Source: an uncultured Desulfarculus sp.
Lineage (GTDB): Bacteria > Desulfobacterota > Desulfarculia > Desulfarculales > Desulfarculaceae
Direction of reading: 5' to 3'
DNA: 64,000 nucleotides
Assembly (NCBI GenBank): GCA_963665125.2
Contig: CAXXUK010000001.1
Location: 2,816,001 to 2,880,000, forward strand
Part shown: positions 11,903 to 19,838 of the stretch, piece after piece
Position numbering within the stretch: position 1 is the first letter of the stretch
Layout of the letters: every line of letters starts with the position of its first letter
The notes under the pieces: model-generated
What the model saw: only the letters and a program-made list of their open reading frames with translations
Told to the model about the DNA's origin: nothing
Database searches by the model: none
Made by a program: the position numbers and the translations under genes

Positions 11903-13285
11903 ATGAACAACGACTGGAAAACAGGTTGCATGCTGGAAAAAGCCGCATTCGAAGACATCATTCTGCACGCCAACTCTGACACCGAAGCGGAAATGGACAT
12001 AGGCGAAATCTGGTTCGATACGGCCAATGATGTCTACAAGGGCAAAAACTCTGTGGAAGTGATTCAGTTCGCGGTGCAGAGTGATGTTGACGCTCTGGAA
12101 GGCCGCATGGACACCGCCGAGGGCGAAATCGACACCCTACAGAGTGACATGACCACGGCTCAGGGCGACATTACAGCCTTGCAGGGCCGCATGAACACCG
12201 CCGAGGGCGAAATCGACACCCTACAGAGTGACATGACCACGGCTCAGGGCGACATTACAGCCTTGCAGGGCCGCATGAACACCGCCGAGGGCGAAATTGA
12301 CAACCTGCAGAGCGACATGACCACGGCCCAGGGCGACATCACCGCCTTGCAGGGACGCATGACCACTGCCGAGGGCGAAATTGACACCCTGCAAAGCGAC
12401 CTCAGCACATTGGAAACGCGGGTCGCAGTGGAGACCGACACTGACGGCCACGGCAAGATGAGCTACCTCAAGGAACAAACCACAGAGCCCAGCCCGGGCA
12501 CGGACGAGGGCGTTATCTACACCGCCGACGACGGCGGTGACACCGTACTTTATTACAAAGCCAACGGCGAAGTGGTTGAGTTGGCTCGGCCGGGGCAGTA
12601 TGTCGCCCCAGGCTACATCGCAGGCATGCAGATCAGCCGGGCCAGCGATACCTCGATTACCATAAAGCCCGGTGTATGTGAAATCGGCTGTAAGCTGTAC
12701 GAATTGCCAAACGCAGTGACCATAACCGTACCAGTGACTGCGGCACTGTATTGGCGGGGAATTAACATCGCCACATTACCTGCCAATGGAAACGTACTCA
12801 CCGCAGCAAACTTCTCGACAGTCGCTGGCGCTAATGTAGTTAAAAGCTCGGACGGCACCCATTGGGTTGTGTCAGGTGCCGCTACACAGCGAATTATCGG
12901 CATCTACCCTGCGGCCGACAATGCCGTCTTGAGTACATTCACTATCATGCAAGGAAAATACTACTGCTTCCGAGAGGTGATCAACGACACAACGCCGCCA
13001 ACGTCGCCAACCTCATATAACATTGGCCTTCCGGCCTTGGGGAATGGCTATCAACACGGGGAGTATATCGGCATAGCGTCTGGGGACGCCAACACAACCA
13101 TGACAACTTTGTCCGTGGGTGGCAATACAACCCTTCGAGCAAGTGGTAATGATGTCGCGGGATCGTTCTCTACTCATGCCTCTGATGGCATAAAAAAATT
13201 GCATGTCACGGCAACCAACGGAACGGCTGACTCAATGAATATCCGCCTTTACTATGTCGACATTCCCACAGGCATGGCCCGGTAA
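11903..13285 (+). CDS. Second tail fibre/spike with long heptad coiled-coil shaft and distinct beta-rich head
   Basis: 28-aa repeats MNTAEGEIDTLQSDMTTAQGDITALQGR; a domain shared with fibre 1; GYIAGMQISRASDTSITIKPG; AAGGAGG RBS. Confidence 0.7.
   Translation: MNNDWKTGCMLEKAAFEDIILHANSDTEAEMDIGEIWFDTANDVYKGKNSVEVIQFAVQSDVDALEGRMDTAEGEIDTLQSDMTTAQGDITALQGRMNTAEGEIDTLQSDMTTAQGDITALQGRMNTAEGEIDNLQSDMTTAQGDITALQGRMTTAEGEIDTLQSDLSTLETRVAVETDTDGHGKMSYLKEQTTEPSPGTDEGVIYTADDGGDTVLYYKANGEVVELARPGQYVAPGYIAGMQISRASDTSITIKPGVCEIGCKLYELPNAVTITVPVTAALYWRGINIATLPANGNVLTAANFSTVAGANVVKSSDGTHWVVSGAATQRIIGIYPAADNAVLSTFTIMQGKYYCFREVINDTTPPTSPTSYNIGLPALGNGYQHGEYIGIASGDANTTMTTLSVGGNTTLRASGNDVAGSFSTHASDGIKKLHVTATNGTADSMNIRLYYVDIPTGMAR
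12101..12403 (+). repeat. 84-bp in-frame tandem repeat, about 3.5 copies
   Basis: Units start at 12101, 12185, 12269 and 12353; the first two are nearly identical. Confidence 0.95.
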
Positions 13286-13296
13286 ACAGCAATAAT

Positions 13297-13330
13297 GCCA
13301 TGGCGCACACTTATCCGTGTGCGCCATGGC
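13297..13330. terminator. Perfect 14-bp hairpin closing the tail operon
   Basis: gccatggcgcacac-ttatcc-gtgtgcgccatggc; no clear U-tract. Confidence 0.6.
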
Positions 13331-13450
13331 GCCCTATCCATAATTCTACAAATAAAAAAACAGCGGCCAAACCGCTGCAATAGTGTCCCTTCCTTTTTCC
13401 TTTCCTATCGGCCGCCGGTCGGGCTTTTCCGGCCGGCGGTCCCGCCCGGT

Positions 13451-14011
13451 CTACAAGAACTCGCCGCGCAGGGTGCGCTGCAGGCGCTGATCGATCTCCG
13501 GCAGGATAGTACCTTTCAAATACGCCTTCATGCCCTCGGGGTCTTTCATGGCCGCTCCGGCCTCGGCCCCGCAGTAGATGCCGAAAACATCCACCGGGTC
13601 GTCGGACTCGAAATCCAGATACCAATCAATCCTGGTGAGCACCCTTTTCATCTGCTCCGAGGCCTGCTCGTACATGTCCTGGAAACGCAGGGCAAACAGC
13701 GGCAGCAGCAGGCCGCGCATCAACTCGGCAAGCTCGGGTTGGTCAAAACGCTCGTCGCGCCCCAAGCCCTCCAACACACGCAGGGCTATCAGGATGGGCA
13801 GCTCGGCCTTGAACAAGTCGGCCAGTTGGCGTTTTTGGCCCGGCCATTTGCCGCCTGCGGCCTTGACCAGTTCATCGGTGAGTTGATACAGGTCCTTGGT
13901 CAACACAGTGTAGAGCCGCACGCACAGGCGTTGTAGCCGGAAAAGCTGCCCCTGATCCGGGGGAACCGCATCCATCAAGGACTGACTGGTGTTTTGCCGG
14001 TCCATCTTCAC
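13451..14011 (-). CDS. Hypothetical helical protein
   Basis: 186-aa ORF with GGAGG RBS and host-like codons; family not recognised. Confidence 0.7.
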   Translation of the reverse strand: MKMDRQNTSQSLMDAVPPDQGQLFRLQRLCVRLYTVLTKDLYQLTDELVKAAGGKWPGQKRQLADLFKAELPILIALRVLEGLGRDERFDQPELAELMRGLLLPLFALRFQDMYEQASEQMKRVLTRIDWYLDFESDDPVDVFGIYCGAEAGAAMKDPEGMKAYLKGTILPEIDQRLQRTLRGEFL

Positions 14012-14047
14012 TGGTCAACCTCCGCGGCGCAAGGCTAGGCCGCTTTA

Positions 14048-14200
14048 CAGGCTGTTGAAAAAGTCCGTCCTGGACTCTTTCAACAGCCACTTGGTAAAAG
14101 TGTGGTTTTACCAAGTGGCTCGATTCGCTTGTTTTTGCAAAACTGCGCAAATTGGCGGGCCGTCCGTGGCCCGCCTAGCAGGCTGTTTTTCAACAGCCTG
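14048..14200. mobile_element. MITE/REP-like non-autonomous element
   Basis: Perfect 15-bp terminal inverted repeats CAGGCTGTTGAAAAA / TTTTTCAACAGCCTG, several internal hairpins, no transposase. Confidence 0.7.
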
Positions 14201-14252
14201 CTATGATCATGATCAATGCTGCTATCAAATTGGTCCGAGCGGACCGTGATAT

Positions 14253-15269
14253 TCAACAAATCCTTGGCAGAGGCTCGCCGGTGAGCATCTCCAGCACCCG
14301 GCGGCCTCCCACCGCCGTATTGAGCCAGACCCGACCGGGAGTGTTCCCCACGATACTACCAATTCGCGCCGCTGACGAGCCCAAAGCGAACCCTCGCAAA
14401 GTTTCCAGGGCCTTTTCCGCCAGGCCCTGCTCCACCACAACAACCATTTTACCTTCATTGGCCAGATACAGCGGGTCCAGGCCCAACAGCTCGCACACGC
14501 CGTCCACCGCCGGGTCGACGGGTATGGCCGCCTGTTCCAGTTCCACGGCCACGCCGGAGGCCTGGGCGATCTCTTTTACGGCCGTGGCCAGGCCGCCCCT
14601 GGTGGGGTCGGTCATCAGGCGCAGGCCGTTGCCGCAGGCCTCGACCAGGGCCTGGGCCATGTGGTTCAGGGCGGCGGAATCGCTCTTGATGGGCGCATCC
14701 AGGCCCAGGCCGCTGCGGGCGGCCATGACCGTGGCCCCGTGGTCGCCCATGGTGCCCGAGATGATCAGCGCGTCGCCGGGCCGGGCCTTGTCCACGCCGA
14801 TATCCAGGCCGTCGTTTATCACGCCGATGCCCGTGGTGTTGATGAACAGGCCGTCGGCCTGGCCCCGGCCCACCACCTTGGTGTCTCCGGCCACGATGCG
14901 CACCCCGGCCTTTCCGGCCGCCCGGCCCATGGATTCGACGATCCGGGCCAAGGTATCCAGGGGCAGGCCTTCTTCCAGAACAAAACCGGCGGTGAGCCAC
15001 AGGGGCCGGGCCCCGCGCATGGCCACATCGTTGACCGTGCCGTGCACGGCCAGGGAGCCGATATCCCCGCCGGGAAAGATCAGCGGGTCCACCACGAAGC
15101 TGTCGGTGCTCACGGCCAAACGACCCGCCGGAACGGTCAGCACCGCCGCGTCGTCGATCTGGTCCGGGGCCGCGTCGCCAAGCTGTTTGGCGAACAACTC
15201 GTTGATCAGCCTATGGCTGGCCAGACCGCCCGAGCCGTGATCCAGGGTCACGAAATCGCCCAAAATCAA
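14253..15269 (-). CDS. hypE: Hydrogenase maturation protein HypE
   Basis: LDHGSGG, STDSFVVDPLIFPGGDIGSLAVHGTVND, C-terminal PRIC; TTG start near 15263-15269. Confidence 0.97.
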   Translation of the reverse strand: MILGDFVTLDHGSGGLASHRLINELFAKQLGDAAPDQIDDAAVLTVPAGRLAVSTDSFVVDPLIFPGGDIGSLAVHGTVNDVAMRGARPLWLTAGFVLEEGLPLDTLARIVESMGRAAGKAGVRIVAGDTKVVGRGQADGLFINTTGIGVINDGLDIGVDKARPGDALIISGTMGDHGATVMAARSGLGLDAPIKSDSAALNHMAQALVEACGNGLRLMTDPTRGGLATAVKEIAQASGVAVELEQAAIPVDPAVDGVCELLGLDPLYLANEGKMVVVVEQGLAEKALETLRGFALGSSAARIGSIVGNTPGRVWLNTAVGGRRVLEMLTGEPLPRIC

Positions 15270-16351
15270 TCCTCCCGCCGGTATTTGAACCAGGCCGCGC
15301 ACGAGCCCTCGCCGCTGACCATGCACGGTCCCACCGGTTTTTCCGGGTTGCAGGCCTTGCCGAAAAGGACGCAGTCCGGCGGCTTGATCAGTCCGCGCAA
15401 GACATCGCCGCAGCGGCAGCCCGGCGGGTCGTCCACCCGGCCCAGGCTCAGGCCGAAACGCCCCATGGCGTCGAAATCGCTGTACTCTTCCCGCAGGGCC
15501 AGGCCGCTATGGGGGATGAGCCCCAGGCCACGCCACACGGCGTCAACCGGCCGGAACACCGTGTTCATCAATTGCACGGCCTTGGGGTTGCCCTCCGGGC
15601 TGACAGCCCTGGCGTATTGGATCTCCACCTTGGGCTCGCCGCTGTTGACCTGGCGCACCAGCATCAGGACCCCGGCCATGATATCGGCGGGCTCGAACCC
15701 GGTGATCACGCAGGCCAGGCCCCGCGCCACGGCCGCCTGGTAGGGCGCCGCGCCGATGACCGTACTGACGTGGCCGGGGCAGACAAAGCCGTCCAGGCCC
15801 AGCTCTGGCCCGGCCAATAGAGCGCCCAAGGCCGGGGGCAGCAGCTTGTGGCAACTCAGCACGCTGAAATTGCCCAAACCTTGGGCCCTGGCCGTCATGA
15901 TGGCGGCGGCCACGGTGGGCGCGGTGGTCTCGAAGCCGATGCCCAAAAAGGCCACCTGGCGGCCCGGATCCTGGGCGGCAAGCTGGACCGCGTCGAGGGC
16001 CGAATAGATCACCTGTACGTCCGCTCCCTGGGCCCTGGCCTGGGCCAGGGAACCGCCACTGCCGGGCACCCTGATCATGTCGCCGAAGGTGGCCACGCAC
16101 AGGCCGTCGATGGCGGCCAGGCCCACGGCGGCGTCGATCTCCGCCGCCGAGGTCACGCACACGGGGCAGCCCGGCCCGGAGACAAGCTCCAACTCCGACG
16201 GCAGCATCGACGGCAGACCGTGCCGGGCGATGGCCATGGTGTGGGTGCCGCAAAGCTCCATGAAGCGCATGGGCCTCGCGGCCTCGGCCTTGATGGCCTG
16301 GGCCAGGCCGCGCACCATCTGCGGGTCGCGGTATTCGTCTACGTGCTTCAA
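15266..16351 (-). CDS. hypD: Hydrogenase maturation protein HypD
   Basis: MELCGTHT, GPGCPVC, GFETT, PGHVS, GPCMVSGEGSC. Confidence 0.97.
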   Translation of the reverse strand: MKHVDEYRDPQMVRGLAQAIKAEAARPMRFMELCGTHTMAIARHGLPSMLPSELELVSGPGCPVCVTSAAEIDAAVGLAAIDGLCVATFGDMIRVPGSGGSLAQARAQGADVQVIYSALDAVQLAAQDPGRQVAFLGIGFETTAPTVAAAIMTARAQGLGNFSVLSCHKLLPPALGALLAGPELGLDGFVCPGHVSTVIGAAPYQAAVARGLACVITGFEPADIMAGVLMLVRQVNSGEPKVEIQYARAVSPEGNPKAVQLMNTVFRPVDAVWRGLGLIPHSGLALREEYSDFDAMGRFGLSLGRVDDPPGCRCGDVLRGLIKPPDCVLFGKACNPEKPVGPCMVSGEGSCAAWFKYRRED

Positions 16352-18687
16352 GTATCCATCCCGTCGATTTTTCCAAGCCGCCAGCGGGCCGCGGCCACCA
16401 CGGCCTGACCCAGGCTAAGGCCGCCGTCTCCGGCCGGAATGGCCGCTGGTGTGTAAACCCGCAGACGCCTGGCCTCCAATAGAGGCGGCAACTCGGTAAG
16501 GATGTATCTATTGTTCAGGCAGCCGCCGCCCAAAACGACATCCTCTACCCCGGCCTTTTCCGCCGCCTGGATGGCCCACTGGGCCAGGGCCGCCACCAGC
16601 CCCTTATGCATGCTGCCCGCCGTTTCGGCCAGGCCGGCGTTCAAGATGGCCTCGGCCAACAGGGATGCCACCATGGGCCGCCAGTCCAACTCAACCAGGC
16701 CGTCGCATTCTTCGGTAAAGAAGATGTGTTCGGTGCTTGGTTTGCCGCCCATGGCCTGCTCGAACTCTATGGCCGCCTGGCCCTCGTAATGGGCCTCGTA
16801 ACACACGCCGCAAATAGCCGAAACGCCGTCGAACAATCGGCCCAGACTCGATGTACGGGGCGCGTTGATGTTTCTTTGGATCATACCAGCCACAAGGGGC
16901 AGTTTGTCGGCATATTGATGAACCAGGGGCAGATTCAGTTGGGCGGTCTTTTCCGGACCCAGGGTTTCGATGAGCAGCGAAAGCCCGGTGCGCCAGGGCT
17001 GGCGCACGGCATGGTCGCCGCCGGGCAGGCTGAAAGGCCGCAGCCGCCCCAGACGCTCATACGAATCCAGGCGGGCCAAGAGCAGCTCGCCGCCCCAGGA
17101 CGTGCCGTCTTCGCCCAAGCCCACGCCGTCCAGGCCCAGGGCCAATACCGGCCCCTCCAGGCCGTGCTCGGCCATCACTGCGGCCGCGTGGGCGTGGTGG
17201 TGCTGGACAAGGGTCAGGGGCAATCCCCGATCCTGGGCCCAGCGGGTGCTCAAGTAATCCGGGTGCAGGTCGGCGGCGATGATCCGGGGGCTGCAATCGA
17301 GAATCATGGAAAGGTGGTCCACGGTCTGCCCGAAAAAGCGCAGGGTCTCCACGTCATCCAGGTCGCCCACGTGCTGACTGAGGAAGGCCTCCCGGCCCCG
17401 CAGCAGGCACAGGGTGTTCTTCAAATGCGCGCCCACTGCCATAACCGGCGGGCAGCCCTCGGGGGCCAATGCCGGGGCCAAAAACAGCGGCGACGGCGCA
17501 TAGCCCCGGGAGCGGCGCACCAGGCGCAAGGCCCCCCCGGCCACCCGCGCCACCGAGTCGTCGGCCCGCAGGTGGATGGGCCGGTCGTGCAAGAGCATCA
17601 CATCGCAAACCGGGCCCAGGGGGCCGTTGACGCCGATGCGGGCCGCCGCCTCGTCGTTGTCGATGCAGATTGGCTCGTCGCTCAGGTTGCCCGAGGTCAT
17701 CACCAGGGCCTCGAATCCCTGGTCCATTAGCAGATAATGCAGCGGCGTGTAGGGCAACATCAGGCCCACGGTGTTGCTGCCGGGGTGGACCGCCGGGGCC
17801 AGGCCGCCGTCTTTTTCAGCCTCGCAGAGAACGATGGGCCGCTCCCGGCTGGCCAGGGCCGCCTCTTCGGCGTCATCCATGTAGCCGAACCTAAGGGCGG
17901 CCCGGATATCGGACACCATCACGGCAAATGGTTTGGCCTCCCGGCCCTTACGGCGGCGCAGGCGCTCCACGGCCTGGCGGTTGAGGGCGTCGGCGGCCAG
18001 ATGAAAGCCGCCCAGGCCCTTTATGGCCACGATTTTGCCCTGCCGGAGGGCCTCGGCCGCCCGGGCCACCGGGTCGGCACAATCGATCTCGGCGCCCGAG
18101 GCGTCGGCCAGCCACAGGCGCGGCCCGCATACTGGACAGGCTATGGGCTGGGCGTGAAAACGGCGATCGGTTGGGTCTTCATATTCGGCCCGGCACTGGG
18201 GGCACATCTCGAATCCGGCCATGGTGGTGTTGGGCCGGTCGTAAGGCAAATCGCGGATTATGGTGTAGCGGGGGCCGCAGTGGGTGCAGTTGATGAACGG
18301 ATAGCCGAACCGGCGGTCCGTGGGGTCACGCATCTCGGCCAGGCAGGCCTCGCACACGCAAACGTCCGGGCTGATCAGCGTATGGCGGGTCCCGCCGGTG
18401 CTGGCCCTGATGATAAATTCCGTCTCACCGGGCTGTTGGTCCGCCATGGCGGTTTCAACGGACTCGATCCTGGTCAGGGGCGGGGCCTCGCCTTGCAGAC
18501 GCGCGAAAAACTCGTCCAGGGCCGCGGCCGTGCCCTGGACGCTGAGCTCCACTCCCGCTGCGTTGTTGACCACCCAGCCGGTGAGCCCCAACGCCCGGGC
18601 CAAATTGTAGACAAAGGGCCGAAAGCCCACCCCCTGGACCACGCCGCGAACCTTGGCCGAGCGGCGCTGTCGCAAGCCTTGGATCAA
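16348..18687 (-). CDS. hypF: Carbamoyltransferase HypF
   Basis: GVVQGVGFRPF acylphosphatase domain, two CxxC zinc fingers, KGLGGFHL, DLHPDY, QHHHAH, GDGGLSLGQ. Confidence 0.97.
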   Translation of the reverse strand: MIQGLRQRRSAKVRGVVQGVGFRPFVYNLARALGLTGWVVNNAAGVELSVQGTAAALDEFFARLQGEAPPLTRIESVETAMADQQPGETEFIIRASTGGTRHTLISPDVCVCEACLAEMRDPTDRRFGYPFINCTHCGPRYTIIRDLPYDRPNTTMAGFEMCPQCRAEYEDPTDRRFHAQPIACPVCGPRLWLADASGAEIDCADPVARAAEALRQGKIVAIKGLGGFHLAADALNRQAVERLRRRKGREAKPFAVMVSDIRAALRFGYMDDAEEAALASRERPIVLCEAEKDGGLAPAVHPGSNTVGLMLPYTPLHYLLMDQGFEALVMTSGNLSDEPICIDNDEAAARIGVNGPLGPVCDVMLLHDRPIHLRADDSVARVAGGALRLVRRSRGYAPSPLFLAPALAPEGCPPVMAVGAHLKNTLCLLRGREAFLSQHVGDLDDVETLRFFGQTVDHLSMILDCSPRIIAADLHPDYLSTRWAQDRGLPLTLVQHHHAHAAAVMAEHGLEGPVLALGLDGVGLGEDGTSWGGELLLARLDSYERLGRLRPFSLPGGDHAVRQPWRTGLSLLIETLGPEKTAQLNLPLVHQYADKLPLVAGMIQRNINAPRTSSLGRLFDGVSAICGVCYEAHYEGQAAIEFEQAMGGKPSTEHIFFTEECDGLVELDWRPMVASLLAEAILNAGLAETAGSMHKGLVAALAQWAIQAAEKAGVEDVVLGGGCLNNRYILTELPPLLEARRLRVYTPAAIPAGDGGLSLGQAVVAAARWRLGKIDGMDT

Positions 18688-19334
18688 GATTTGGCCCAGT
18701 TCTCCAGCCAGTCCGCCCACTCGTCGATGCCCTCTCCCGTACGGCAGGAGATATCGAACACCACCTGATTGGGATTGAGGCTGTGACAGGTTTTATGAAT
18801 GCGGTCGATATTACAGTCGATGAACGGGAGCAGATCGATCTTGTTTACCAGCAGAATCCCGGCCTCGTGGAAGAGCTGGGGATATTTGCTTGGCTTGTCG
18901 TCGCCCTCGGTGGTGCTCAAAACCGCCACCTTGAGGTCTTCGCCCAGATCGAACTCCACCGGGCAGACCAGGTTGCCCACGTTTTCGATGATCAAAAGAT
19001 CCAGCTCATTCAAATCAAAGGCCGGCAGGGTGTCGCGGATCATGGCCCCGTCCAGGTGGCAGGCCCCCCGGGTCTCGATCTGAACGGCCTTGATGCCGAT
19101 GTTGGCCACCCGCTGGGCGTCCTCGGTGGTCTGGATGTCGCCTTCGATGACGGCTATCTTCAGCCGGTCTTTGAGCTTGGAAAGCGTGGTCTCCAAAACG
19201 GACGTTTTGCCCGCGCCGGGGCTGGAGATCAGGTTGAGCACCTTGACCCCGGCCTTTTTGAACAAACTTCTGTTGTCCTCGGCTATCTTGTCGTTGGCCT
19301 CCAAAATAGGCCGCGATACTTCCAGTTGAGCCAC
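18684..19334 (-). CDS. hypB: Hydrogenase nickel incorporation GTPase HypB
   Basis: SSPGAGKT, ACHLD, ENVGNLVCP, EGDDKP, NKIDL. Confidence 0.97.
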   Translation of the reverse strand: MAQLEVSRPILEANDKIAEDNRSLFKKAGVKVLNLISSPGAGKTSVLETTLSKLKDRLKIAVIEGDIQTTEDAQRVANIGIKAVQIETRGACHLDGAMIRDTLPAFDLNELDLLIIENVGNLVCPVEFDLGEDLKVAVLSTTEGDDKPSKYPQLFHEAGILLVNKIDLLPFIDCNIDRIHKTCHSLNPNQVVFDISCRTGEGIDEWADWLENWAKS

Positions 19335-19356
19335 TTCAGCCTCCTATGACAAAGCC

Positions 19357-19698
19357 CTACTGGGCTTCAATATATTCCACGAAAAGCTCCTGGCCGCCGG
19401 TAAAATCCATTTGCTCCTGGCCGCAGGCCGGGCATTTGACGTCGGGGTCGTCCAGGTCGCAAGTGTGGCCGCAAGCGTTGCATTCGGCATGGACGGGCGC
19501 CTTGTTTATGATCAACTCGGCGTCTTCGGCGGCGGTGTCTCTTTTAACCATATCAAAGCTGAATTGCAGCGAATGCGGCACCACGCCGGAAAAGGCTCCG
19601 ACCTTCACCACTACTCTGTCGATTCTTTGGGCCCCGTGGCGGGCCGCCTCCTGCAGGACAATGTCCAGCATTGATTGGGCGATGGAAAGTTCGTGCAC
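19357..19698 (-). CDS. hypA: Hydrogenase maturation nickel metallochaperone HypA
   Basis: MHELSIA and two CxxC motifs. Confidence 0.96.
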   Translation of the reverse strand: MHELSIAQSMLDIVLQEAARHGAQRIDRVVVKVGAFSGVVPHSLQFSFDMVKRDTAAEDAELIINKAPVHAECNACGHTCDLDDPDVKCPACGQEQMDFTGGQELFVEYIEAQ

Positions 19699-19838
19699 GC
19701 TGTTTCCGATCTTGAGAATGGTTTTTCATTAAAGAAAAGTTAACACCAGCGCGTCTAATTGGTCAAGCCAGGAGGATGTTCGTTTTCTGGCATATGCTCC
19801 GGTACTCTGCTAAAATCCAGGCCTGGACAAGGAGAGCC

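Noticed and set aside
12101..12403. CRISPR array
   Set aside because: Contiguous in-frame coding repeats with no unique spacers and no cas genes.
7287..13285. Complete prophage
   Set aside because: No integrase, att sites, replication, head, packaging or lysis genes, and both flanks are ordinary host genes.
10126..13285. Diversity-generating retroelement or invertase shufflon acting on the fibres
   Set aside because: No reverse transcriptase or invertase in the window; the shared repeat is direct, internal, and its differences are not adenine-specific.
19713..19728. Fur box before hypA (TGAGAAT-gg-TTTTTCA)
   Set aside because: 7-2-7 spacing with mismatches; cannot be supported without a lineage-specific matrix.
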